DNA of 63,778 nt, counting the filler, from Choristocarpus tenellus KU-1152 (taxonomy: Eukaryota > Protista > Phaeophyceae): assembly GCA_964200185.2 (NCBI GenBank). It is 5 parts of 5 records of this genome, joined end to end, with 100 filler letters (N's around TTAATTAATTAA, not from the genome) between each part and the next. Parts side by side here need not be neighbours in the genome. Positions count along the whole stretch, not along the records: positions 13,403 to 33,527 come from CAXNAD020000415.1; 4 more parts are not named here. One strand, written 5' to 3'. Below the pieces are notes generated by a model. It did not search any database, was not told where the DNA came from, and was given only the letters and a program-made list of their open reading frames with translations. How positions within the stretch are numbered: the stretch's first letter is position 1; every line of letters begins with the position of its first letter. Below, in pieces: positions 13,403 through 25,800 of the stretch. The translations under genes were made by a program, and so were the position numbers.

Positions 13403-13931
13403 CCCCAGATACTTTGACCCTCAGGTGTTTTGAGGGGTAGCCTCTCCAACAAAATAATGAGCTTGTCAATGCTATGCTTTATTATGCTTGAATTATTGCT
13501 CTGTGAAGCACAATATGACAGTCATTTTCTCAAGATCTAGGTGCGATGTAGTTTGATACCTCTACATCATATCTAACCAGGAGCAAAAGGATACCCCTCT
13601 ATCACAACGTTAGCAACACTAAAAAAAACTGAAAAGAAAGGCATGTGTGCCATTTTCACCGCAGTTAGAAGGTTTTTGTCTACTCATCCTAGTGTCTTAT
13701 GCGAGCAGACATTGTTTTGAGCAACATATTTTCATGCTTGTCTCATCTCCTCGCATCTCTGTCCTGACCTGAGAGTCTGGCCGTTGGCCCCTGAGCCTTT
13801 ACAAATGTCAAATTTATATTTGGGAGAAGCAGGGTGTAGAATCTTAAGCTACAGAGTTGAAACATACTAAGTAAGACTCTTTGCCAGCATCAATATCTTT
13901 CCACCTTCTGTTACCCCCTCTACCCTTGTCC

Positions 13932-16900
13932 TTAGCCGTCAAAGTCATCAGTTAGCCACTGGTGATCAGGCACATGATTTGCAGATGAGAGAGTCACTGT
14001 TGTATGGACTGATTGTAACAACTCTGTAGTCCTATTGCCCCGGCTGGTGTTTGAAGACCTCAATACCGCCAACCCCGCCTTGGTTTCCTTATCCCAATCT
14101 TCGTTGATAAAATTATCATCAGGAATGGCAGCTGGGTGGGCTTCTTTTTTTTTACTTGGCGGGGGAAGATTGGGAGGCACCATCCTACTCAAAGTGGACA
14201 ATAAGAGCAAGATGGGAAGGGAGTATTAACAAAATGAAAAGAATGCTAATAATACAAACAAAAATAATCAGGAGGTGGAGGGAGGTGCAGTGTCAAGGCA
14301 TCTTATGGACTTGATTTGTCATTTTGACAAGTGCAGTTGCTAAATACAAATATTGATTTGCGTGCTATGTCTGCTCTCAACTCAATTCCAGAACCAATCA
14401 AGGGATGCTATTGATTAGTTTTACAAGGTATAATTCACACTGTGAGGTTTACCAGGGACAGGAAGAGTTTGAGGATGTACCATTGTAGAACTATATATGT
14501 TGCATACTTTTGTAGTTGGGTAGAAATGCATGATTAGTCTTCATCTATATCCGTTTCTCATATCCTCCATAATTGTGTCCCTTTCCCTTTCCCACTCAAT
14601 AAGATCACTTGCCAGATTCATTATGAAGGCTTGTCAAAACACCAGAGTGTGCAATTTTGAGATTGGCAGGCTTTGTGAGCCAGAATACCCCAACTGACTT
14701 TTGAATGCAGATACTATGGATAACAGGAGACCCATGGCTAGGAGCTAGAGAGAACGAATACCAACTAGATAGCTGGCCATTCAAGCAAATATTTAGGGCA
14801 GTGTTGTCCAGCAGGTACTGAAAATGCATGTTCTCTGATATAGTAAGGTGCTCAAGAGCTTGTATTTATTGTACATAATTGTTTCTCACCTTGTTGGATA
14901 GCTTCCTTTCCTTCCCTTTTGGGAAGGCTTTGTTGGTACAGGTCTCTCTGATAATGGAGCACAGGCTTGTAATGACAATGCCTCTTTCTTTTTGATGCTC
15001 CTGCTATCCCTCTGCCCCCAAGGCTGTATTTTGTGAGACAAAAACATCGGCATTTCCTCATCTGCATGCTTAGCCGCTGTCTCCAAGGCTAGGATGGCGG
15101 CATTGGCCCTTCTCTTCTGCTTCTCGACCTCTAGGTCCAGACTTTCCTCTCCCTCCTCCTCAGATTCACTCAGATCAATGGGTCGCTGAGCATCTGGCCT
15201 GATAAATCTCTCCTCAGCACAGTGCTGTCATTGCAGATACGAGAATGACATTGCTAAGTACTCTGCATTTTGTTAGTAAAGGTGTGCAAAATCATGAATA
15301 CTGTTAGCAATTGGAGCTAGCAATATGAGCCCTCCATTAGAGTTCACTGAGTTCGGACAGTACAGAGTACATAGTACAGAGTACAGAGTACAGAGTACAG
15401 AGTACAGAGTACAGAGTACAGAGTACAGAGTAGAAGAGATCGGAGAAGTTCAAGACCTTCCGCATGTACCACAGGGCAAACCGAGAACTAAGGTTCACTC
15501 ATAACATACCTTCCCCTTGCTCTTGGGCAACCCTTGGTTGTTGTCCCACTTTAGGTCTGCTGCACTTCGCCTCCTCCATTTGATATTTGTTTTGGGAGAG
15601 GGTGCTGCACCACTACTGGCTATCAAATCTCTGTCTTGGTGTTCTTGAATATGATCTGAGTTACCCATATTACCTTCTTTAGTAGTTCCCTCAAACAAAC
15701 CATTATTAGCACTCTTTATTGAGCCATCCACACCCTCCTCAAGGTCTGGTGTTGTGTTCACCAGAAATGATTTTGGTCTTGGTGGGAGATCAGTTATGTC
15801 AACATCGCCCACAGATCCTGCTGAAATATGTCTGTGTAATTGGAAGGTTGCTGATGTTCCTTGACGAGATATGTAACACGAAGTTTCGGGAGGCTGCAAG
15901 ATTTCCTCCATTTCTTCCTCCTGATTCCTGCCACCATTACCCAAGTGTTCTCCTTTGCTCTTGTCTAGTGAAGAAAGTCTGCCTCTTTGACTGCACGGGA
16001 GACTATGCATGTGACCATTTGTCGATGTGCTACTTGAAATCTGATGGTTACTTAGGTTGGTCTCGTTGCAACTTCCTCGACTTGACAGCTTTTTCGATTC
16101 ATCCATGTTTTCCTCCTCCCATTTGGGTTTTCGAGCATCTTTACTCTCTTCAGCACCCACGCCACAGAGACTCCCAGTCATGTTCTCACCATCATGTGGT
16201 TCCCGCCTTTCAACCCCAGCTTCCTGCTTGCTCCTTCTTTTCCTTTCTTTTCGACTGCCCTCTAATTTATGCACCGTATTGTAGCTTCTCTCTAAGCCCA
16301 AGTCAATGGTATTCTGTCCTATGTGCTTTCCTTCCCTATTGCAACTCCTCCTTTGGCTTGCATCTCTGTCTTTGATACTAGGACTCTGCTCGCTAGGACT
16401 CTTCCCACCCATACGATCTCGGTTCTTGCGACCATTATTGCTCAATCTTTTTGTTCCCCAGGTCTCATCTGGATTGTCGTTTCTTCCCATGGCCTCATCC
16501 GATTGCCTCACTTGCTTGGGATGCTCCCTCTCTCTCAGCCATCCCTTCTTACCCTCTACTTGATAGCTCTGATCAAGATCGACAGCTCTCCTTCCAAGCT
16601 CATCTACAATCGACTGACCATTCCTCTGTGCCTTATCATGGGTCTTATGGGCTTTCCTTTGACCCAAATCCATGTTTAAGTGTTGTGGTTTGTCATTGTA
16701 TGCTGGGTCGGCAGTTTTGAGCTTTCTGCAGCCAGGTGACGATGGTGAGTCCCTCAGTTCGACCAGGTGTGCATCGCCTGATATGAGGGGGAAGACAGAA
16801 CGGTGTAAGGTTGGAGGGTAGTATCTGAGCTTCGCATATGCTGATAGAAAGTCCCATGGTGTCATATTTCAATTAAAGTGTGTTTGGATGCAACTCTCAC

Positions 16901-17376
16901 GTTCCAGCTTGATTAATGCATGTGGGCATAGCTTGGCTATGCCGACCACCCAAAGACGGTGTTCCGCCCGAGTCTGAGCGGTGAGCAGCAGAGTTCTGGC
17001 CGCAGACTTGACCCTAATTATATCCTGCTCCTCTGATATCTCTTTCACGTCGTGAAGGTAGATCCATCCCCGTATATCTGCATCGCTGCGGTTTTTGTAA
17101 TAGCAAAGAGCCCACTCCCCACCACCCTGCGAGACCACATTGGCGAGGTAACAAATGTAACCTGATATCTACTCGAGATTCGTGCAGATATAAAGTACAG
17201 CCATAGAAGAACAACGTCAAGTTGATAAATGTCTCCAGAGAATTAAATTCAAAACTAACGCCAACCTCAATCTGCTGCACTTTGAAGTAGCGCTTGTTGC
17301 TGTCTCCTGTCAGGCCACTCCAAGCCCTCCCTTGAGACTTCTCCTTTATGAGGTAGCCTTCCAGTGCTTCGACCAT
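13932..17376 (-). CDS. N-terminal PH-domain protein with a long charged disordered tail, 5 exons
   Basis: Exons 17376-17266, 17126-16901, 16777-15510, 15224-14890, 14184-13932 are GT-AG bounded and phase compatible. PH hallmarks: LEGYLIKEK, NKRYFKV, LCYYK, IRGWIYL, RTLLLTAQTRAEHRLWVVGI. Last-exon structure less certain. Confidence 0.85.
15359..15432. repeat. (ACAGAGT)n tandem repeat in intron 3 of the PH gene
   Basis: About ten 7-nt units. Confidence 0.95.
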
Positions 17377-17614
17377 ATCTGGACAGTGGTGGTGTTCGTC
17401 AAATTTTCCCTTTCACCCCTACTCATTAACCTCTCTCAAGTGTAATTGATTGGGCTCTTTTTCTTGGTTGAGACAAGCAGACAGGTTGACACGGAAATAA
17501 AATACCTACATGTACGGTTACTCATACGGAGGAGGTTCGGAGGCGTTTTCACAACCATTGTACAGAATACCTAAAATAGAGAGATATACAAACGCAAGGA
17601 AGACAGAAACCAAG
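17377..17614. promoter_or_regulatory. Probable bidirectional promoter between the PH gene and PAM18
   Basis: Divergent start codons 238 nt apart; positional inference only. Confidence 0.55.
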
Positions 17615-18929
17615 ATGGCTCTTAGAGTAGCTTCCCGCCTCTGCCGAGTGAAGTTGGATCCCTGCCACCGTTGTGCGCTGTTTCCCCCAGGGAGGGACTA
17701 TGATGCAGGCGATGGAATAAGGGGAGAGCATCCAAAGAGACGTGGGGAACCCAATATTAAACCTCAAGTTCATCTGACCCAGGCACGATTTTTTCATCTA
17801 ACCCGCCATAATGAGTCGTCAGTGATAGTCGCCGGTGTTGCGGTTGCGGCCTCTGCAATGGCCCTTCAGTATGGGCTCAAGGCGTACAATAAATATCAGG
17901 TACGGCCGATTTGGAGGAGAGCAATATATTGGATGGAGGTAACACACGCCGACCTTAACGCCGCCCTTCTTTTCCACCTCCAGTCAAAACAAATCTACTT
18001 TACCCTTCGATATCACATCACTCTATCTTTATACCAAGAAACCATCTGGCCGAACGAGATGGGGTCTGCACTGGCAAGGGCTAATAGGCAATACCACCCT
18101 AGCAGGAGAAGCAGCCTAATAATGAAGACCCTAAGAAGACAGATAACGAGGCCAAGGATGCATCATCCAGTTCAGTATTTGGAGCTTTTGGAAAGCGCTA
18201 TTATGAGGGGGGCTTCGAAGATAAGATGTCACGCAAGGAGGCTGCATTGATTCTTGGGGTACGGGAGAGTGCCACACCACAAAGAATCAAGGTACAGAGG
18301 TGGACGAGATGGACTGTACCCACCCCGCCAGGAAGACCTCATATTAATCTCAATCTGCAAGTTTTTGTTGCAGCCCCAGCAAAATACAGGTTGCCTACTC
18401 CACGCAAATGGAGGTGAAAATCGATTTTATAGTTCAATCAGTCTGTGCAACTGCTTCAACTTTCAATTTGTCCTAGGAACAAAGCAATAGTGGAATCCTC
18501 ACAGTGCAACATTGTTAGCGGTAAGATGTTTTGAGAAATGATGATGCCCACCCTTTTTCTCTCATAGCACCTGCTACCTCTCCAAATTATTTTGTTAATC
18601 TAGAGATGGTATTGCCACAGCAAGGCTCACTGATACGCCAATTGACGATGGTTGTGTTGTTCTCATACTTCGAATCCTCAAAATCACACATCTGAGCCAG
18701 CATTCACGTGGTGGTGATACGTTTTCTATTGAAGTCTGTTTCTATTTATAATTCACCTTCACTCATGTATTTAGAGTGATAAGGACTCTTCCCCTCTCAT
18801 GTATTTCCACAGGATGCACATCGACGGATTTTGATGATCAACCACCCAGACAAGGGTGGGTCCAAGTACATGGCTGCCAAAATTAATGAGGCCAAGGAGT
18901 TGCTCCTCAAGGGTAGGGAGAGAGAGTGA
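17615..18929 (+). CDS. PAM18: Mitochondrial import motor J-protein Pam18/Tim14 (DNAJC19-like), 3 exons
   Basis: Exons 17615-17899, 18103 (or 18106)-18291, 18813-18929. TM segment [15 protein letters not shown], then [62 protein letters not shown] with HPD motif. An upstream in-frame ATG exists at 17510. Confidence 0.93.
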
Positions 18930-19649
18930 ACATGAGGCATTTCATTCTACCATCTGCGTACATCCTATTCACATCCCTTCACTATAGGACTAGTCTATGA
19001 TATTCCTGCATCTTACATGTAGGCTATTGTGGAACTGCTCACAAGAATGTATCTTAGTCAATGGGCTCCTGTTAAACCTTGCCTTGGTACCTAAATCAAG
19101 GGTGGACACATTAATGCATGCATGCACACTCCTTTTAGTTGGTGACCTATTGTGGGTCTTTGTGGGTATGGACTTACGCAGCCCTGTAATTGTGAAAATA
19201 TTGTGACAGGGTGGTCTGAGTGGTGAGTACCTCCCCTGTTTGGGTTGACTCCTACTGGTTGCATGTCAATGCTGTAGATAGAAGATTTGACTGTCGTGGC
19301 ATTTTTTTACCATCCAATCCTATAAACAGTCCTGCTTTGGACCACCCCGGTCTGAATGTGAAGGTAAAAGCTGAATAATGCATATATGCTTATGTGGCAA
19401 CCCTCACACCTACACTCAATCCACACTCCAGGCTCTTTTGCATAAAGCTAAGACAAGCAAGATCTGATGATGCTTCCAAACATGTGATCAAAATACTTTA
19501 TAGTTCCCTCAGTCTTGAGTGACACACCATACCTTCAATGCCATACTAAACCTGCAACTTTTCCAGTGACTAGGTCCCTAGTGGGAATAGCTTTCACTGT
19601 ATCTCTGCATCCAAGACATGCCTGCAATACTTCAACTTCCCTTACTGGC

Positions 19650-22074
19650 TCAGTTTTGTGGTAGCTGGGCAGGTCCAGCATCCTCAACTGTGGATATCAA
19701 TTCCCATTTATCCTCAAGACTTTGCTTCCACAGGGATACATCATTGTCCCCAGACGAAACTGCCAGCACATTCCCTGTGACAGACCATGACACTCGCCAC
19801 ACTGGGGCTGAGAAAAGGTTCATCTGCACTGCTGACCATGAGCCCAAAGGCTGTGACTGTGTCCATATTACCACACGACCATCCTCTGAGCAGCTGGCAA
19901 CCATGTTCCACGGCATGCCTGTGCTTGGTGCCCAAGCCACATCACGAACCCAATCGCTATGTGGGGGGTTCTCCTGGGAATGGCGCTCCTCTTCCCATGT
20001 GTCACCATCCACAGGACATCTGGCACAGGCATTGGCCAAGGATGGTTTGATCAAGATGATAAACAAGAACTGATCCAATACTATTTGTGTGTTGATTTAT
20101 CAGCAATAGGGTGAAGGGAAGCTATCTGTGAAAGGTAAAAACAGCATAGAAGAGGGTTGTTTGACAGCTCAATTTCTGTTAGTAAGCTTGGAACACAAAA
20201 GTAGTTGTCATATGAGCACTGAGAAGCAGGACCAAGTAAAAACACCCTTCGTACCTGCACAACATTGCAAGCATCATTAACATGAAAATGAGAATAACCA
20301 GCCTCCAACACTTGTTGCTTAGACCCTTGCTTATCCCTTCAGTACAATTATAAGAAAGTAGTCCACATTCAACATACGTGAATTCTACTTTTTAAAAGCG
20401 CATTTTGTTCTGACTCACAGTGTGATGGTTGAGGAAAACGTTATGTTCAATAAGCACATTATGTCTTAGCTAATGCTGCAATGAGTGTATGGAATGGCTG
20501 GTATGAGTACACAAAAATCTTTGCACAGCAGGTACTTTGTAATGTAAAAATAGTGCGTAGCTGGAAAATATCACCCACAAATTTGAGTTTCCTTTATGTA
20601 CCACCAGAAAGTCGATACTTGAAGAGGGCATTGTTTGTCACCACATTGTACCAACCTGTGAAGAGTCAGGTTTTGACAAAACCCATCTAAGCACTACAGA
20701 CCAACTCGTGATTGATATTACCATGCTCTGTTTCATATAATCTTAACAAAAGAGTAGCACTCCATCGGATTGCCCAATGAAGAATAAGTTGCAAAACTGA
20801 GAAACTGAAATGGGTGTGCCATGAGTGGTAGAGGCGGCAAATATATGTTTCAAGTCCTTCCATTTCTATCAACCTCTTTCTTCCCACCTTGAGATTGGAG
20901 GGGAATGCCAACTTAGTTACTGAACTCACCTCCAGAACCTGACATGTTTATCACAGCTCCCAGTTACGAGGCGCATAAACTGCGTCCCTGACTCATTTCG
21001 TGAGCCCACACTATTGAACGGTCCCCAGCTTATGGCATTGCACCCAAGCTTTGAATCCTGCAATGATGAGGGCACCCATGTATCGTCATCTCTGTGGCTC
21101 AGGATAACGACCTTCCCATCGCTGGGAGCACAAGCTAACATTAATCCTAGCTCGTGCGGTGCCCATGCAATGCTGAGGTGGCAGGGAGACAAGGGGATAG
21201 GTGATGAAAGCATTTTTACTGAATCAATACGGCTGGAGAGGAAATTCGGACACCACCTACAGCCTAATGCTACAAGCTTGTGCTATCTTAGGCAGCTATT
21301 TTCTTTTAGCAAGGAGTCTAGTGCAAAAAGCATTTCCACAAACGATAGGCTTCTGTTTAGAATCACCCAATCCCGTAAAGCCAACGTAGCGTATTGATTC
21401 TCAATGGAGTTTAAAGCCGTGTTGTCTACAACATGCAATGATCATCCCATTTGGATGAAATTACGCTATAAGGTATAATATGCAACAAGGCTTGGGATCT
21501 GTGCTCGAAACCGAGTTTAGATGAGGTTCAGACTCCGAGGAATTAGTGGAAAGAGGCAAGGCGATACCACCTTCGTGTGGCAAGCAAAGCTCATTCTTGC
21601 AATTCATAGTGTGGGGAAGGCAGAAGAAAGAGGAACGTGGAAAAATGTGAAGGCCTTGGTGACTACATTGTGGTCCAACAGTCTTTTAAATGACATGGGT
21701 AAGTAAAAACTGAGTACGAGCCAAGCGGTCGGGGGGACCACCTACCTGTTGACACTGGCATCTTTAAGGTTGTGCGTATAAATGGGTGTCCATACGCTTG
21801 GCGGGGATTCTCGGTGGATAGTAATAGTACCAGCATAACAACAGGAAGCGAGGAGGACGCCGAACTTTGGATGAGCCCAAGCCACCTGCCACACAGGACC
21901 CTCGTGCCCTTTGAGCTCAACACGCTTGTTGTAGGTGTCTCCTGAGACCTCGAACACCTTAACGGTCCGATCACTAGATGCCGTCGCCAGATTCTTAGCG
22001 TAGTAGTCCAGTTGTGCGTCGTGGATCATTTCATCGTGCTGGGTATCGATGGTCACTAGAGGGGTGGTTGCCAT
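19650..22074 (-). CDS. SEC13: Sec13 WD40 protein (COPII coat / nuclear pore), 313 aa, 3 exons
   Basis: Exons 22074-21746, 21172-20930, 20019-19650 total 942 nt. Motifs [75 protein letters not shown]. Confidence 0.97.
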
Positions 22075-22854
22075 TATTTTTTACCTTCCCCTTCGCTTCC
22101 AATCCTTCCCAGAAAGTGAGATTCTTCAACCTGAAAAAAGAACTCGTATGGCGGGTGGGTGCTAGTTTGCACTCTGTGGTGCAGTGGGGTAAGGGAGGGA
22201 AAGTCTAGAGGGCGCCAACCCTGGGGATGTTCTGTTCAGTACTAGGCCACTTTTCCTCTCGGTTTCATTGTATTGTGTGAGAGGCAATCCTTTTTTTTTC
22301 TTCCGAGTGTTGGTCGTCAAATTATAACTTTTGAGGGAGGGATCGTCAACACTCTTCCCACTCCCACACCCCCTTAAACTTCAACGGTCTTGTCTCGACG
22401 TGGGTGTGCCGCATAGCACGCCCTCGAGACCCCCGGCAAGCCAGACGGGGAAAGGTAATTCATTCTCTGGCGACACCACACTTTAAAGTGAAATGAGTTC
22501 GTCCACCCTTTCTCCATAGGTCGCGAGAGACAAGGGTTCGATTTCGAATGTCCCGTTGGAAAGGGATGCCTGGAAGTAGGCGTGGACGATGACCTGTTGT
22601 TAGTATACAGAGAGATTTATGTATTAGTTTTATGTTGAAATTGCCCGCTTGATAAGGACACCATCACCCCCACGCCACTGATGAACGCGCCATCCCGTCT
22701 AGTGGTCAGCGGACAGTCCAATCAACATACCTTATTTCGTGCTTCCCCCTTACTCTCAACCCCCAGTCAAGGTCAACGTAGGCCTTTTTATTGGGCATAT
22801 CAGGCCCTTAACACGCCTTCTGGCACAGGCACACGAGACTTACCAGCAGGCAGC

Positions 22855-25800
22855 ATGTCCAACGCTTGCTATGAGTCCGACGATGAAGACATTTGCCCCC
22901 TCTGCTGTGAGGTGCTGGACTTGTCAGACAAGAATTTCATGCCCTGTCCTTGCGGATACCGAGTGTGCATGTGGTGCTGGCATCGCATCAAGGAAAACTA
23001 CTCCAACCTTTGCCCAGCCTGTAGGTCCACCTACTCTGATGATCCACACGCCTTCGCAGCTGTGGACAAGGACGCTGTCATCAAGAACGAGAACAAGAAG
23101 AAACAACGAGCAAAGCAGAAGGAATCTGTTACAGCCAGTGCAGCTGCTGCGGCAACGGCGGCTCGTGAACACCAGCATGCCCTCCATCTCAGGCACTATC
23201 ACCAGCACCAACAGCATCTGCAACACTTGCAGCGTGAGCAACAGCAGCAGGCAAACAGGGGAGGGGGAAATGTTGGAGGGATTGCCAACAGGCGAGATTT
23301 GGCCACGATGCGAGTCGTTCAGCGAAACATTGTTTGTGTCAACAACCTTCCCACCACGCTGGGTTCAGAGGAGGCACTACGCAAGCCCGAGTACTTCGGC
23401 CAATATGGAAGGATTTACAAGGTTCGTTGCCAGTTCTAAATGTTGAGGTGATAATCTAAGTCGAGTGAATACAGAATGCCCGGTTGCATCTAATATAATA
23501 TGTGACTTATGCTCATGTTAATAGTAAGAATTTCAAGGAGTTCAAAAAGTGTTTGTTGCACTGTGAAGATGTTCCTTCATATTTCCTTCCTTAGTATCTT
23601 GCCCTGCAAAATCTCTCTTCGAAGTATATTATGGGTGGGATTATGGAAGCGTTGAACCCATCCTAGTAGTGGTTGGAATTGTTAATTAACTGCCCAGGAC
23701 CTGTTCCTGAACCCTTGATAAGCCCTCCATGATTTTGTTTTACCCACTTGCTTTTAAAAAACCTTTGGTGTTGCCCAGATTACTGTTTCAACAGCGCAGG
23801 GGTCAGTCACAGCAAACATCACATTTGCACACAAGAAAGATGCGTTGGCATGCATCCTGGCAGCAGATGGGTAAGAAACAGGAGATTGGCCTGTTTGCTG
23901 GAGATGAAAGCGAACTGTCTTCAATCTGTTGTGATGGTAGAGGAGAAAGTAACTAGTAGGGTATACATACATGGATTCAAGGCTCCCTCTTCTGTGGATT
24001 TACCTTTGTGGTGGTGTTAATGTTTGTTATCTATTAGTGAAACCATCTTGGGGTTGATTTTAGTTCTTCAGAGGTAGAAGGCCTTTTTGAACCCTTTGCA
24101 ATATGCACCATGCCAAATGCTGGTAACCCCTCTATGATGATGTGGCTGTAGAAGAGAAGAATAGCTGTGAGCACATTGTTAGCTGAAGTATTCTGCACAG
24201 TGAAAGCTCATGCACCACGAGGCAGTCACGAGGGCCCTTTAAAACCCAACGACACCCCCTCTTAGATGGTATCATTCCTATGTTCTTCAGTAATAAGTAG
24301 ATGTCCTCAGCGCTCATGGAAAATAATTAAGCTGCTTCGGCCCGGTGAATCTCTTGATTGTGGGAATAGGCCTTATTTTGTGGTGTGCAATTTGCACCTG
24401 CGTATTGTTGATACGCAAGTATGTGCAATAAGAGTATGATAGCTCTAGATTATTTTTTTTGTATTGATGGTTATCTGTATGAGAGGTGTGCCAATGTTTT
24501 ACGGGACAGAGTCATCATCTGACTGTGAACAATTACTTCCACTTCACAGTGAATCTTCACAGTTTGGTGAGCGTTTGTGTCCACAGCACGTGGTAGGGTT
24601 GTGTATTTGTGATTTATTCTCCATTACCTCTCTAGTTGCACATTGTGTGTGGTTACATTGGTACACTTCCTCTTACCCCATCTTTGCTATCGGTTTACAG
24701 GTTCTGGTTGGAAGGGCGCCAGCTTAGGGCAAACTTTGGTACCAACAAGTTCTGTGCCACATTCCTGCGTAACTCCCCCTGTACGAATCCGGACTGCCTA
24801 TTTCTGCATGAGCTGGGGGAGGAGGAAGATCGCTTCACAAAGGAGGAGGTACTGCAGAGGTCCATCCTTGCACCACCCTTGCGTCCTGGTGTCCCTACTG
24901 TGACAGGTGAAGGGGGCCCGAGTGGTACAGGCAAGCGGTGCTCTGGAAGTCCAGTTCTCCCTCCTCCTGTGTATGAGGCACCTGAACGGGTAGGTACTGC
25001 ATTGGGTGGGATTGGGATGTCAGCGGCAACTCAGGCAGGGGGGCAAGGGGTTGCAACTTCGGCGCAGGCTGGGGCGGGGCGAGTGGTTAGGGCAGGAGTA
25101 GGACAGAAGGTGAGTGTGCAACACCAGAGGAGGGAGGAGAGGGATAGGCCACAGGCGCAGGTTCAGCAGCAGGGACATCGACAGCGAGAGTTGGATACAC
25201 ACCAGGTGAGCTGGACGTGTTTGGGGTTTGGGGTTTGGGGTTTGTAGGTGTTGATGTACCCTGCTATTGTGGAGCTGCAATATTCTGTTCTTCTGTGCCT
25301 TCTGGAGTGAAGGTGTCACCTGTTCCTATTGGTGATCGATTATTATGATGAGCTTAGTTTAATGTACTTTATTGTCTCAGTTCCCTGCTCTTTTTCAATT
25401 GGAGTTGATTATCAATATTCCTTGTGCTGTGATATTTGAGTCCTTGACTATTGAGTGTACTTGGTGTCAAGTTATTAAATGGCATTGGTTGTTTCGAGTA
25501 GAGTGCTCTGTCATCAAGAATGATAAGAACATGTTAACCTCTCTCGGACTGAGAGGTCTTTTAAAGCTGTTAATGTAGGATTTACTTGGAAATGAAACAA
25601 GCGCTCTGTTGTGAAAGTTTTTTCGTGTGCTATTGGAGAGTTTATGAAATTCACAGTATTTGTTGCTCTAATATTATCACCAAACTCTATTAGTATTTCT
25701 AAATGGTTCTTTAACCAAGGTACCTACCTTCCTTAAAGATCATTGTAGACATTTGTACAGTGCTGGGAATACAACTGTATTTCAATATGTGTCTGGTTGG

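Noticed and set aside
15719-16720. Plus-strand ORFs of 75-218 aa
   Set aside because: Antisense shadows of the large PH-gene exon.
17510-18250. 246-aa single-exon ORF
   Set aside because: Reads through PAM18 intron 1 into the wrong frame; the spliced model restores the J-domain.
18535-18636. ATGATGA...CTGA snoRNA candidate in PAM18 intron 2
   Set aside because: No terminal stem or identifiable guide; expected by chance.
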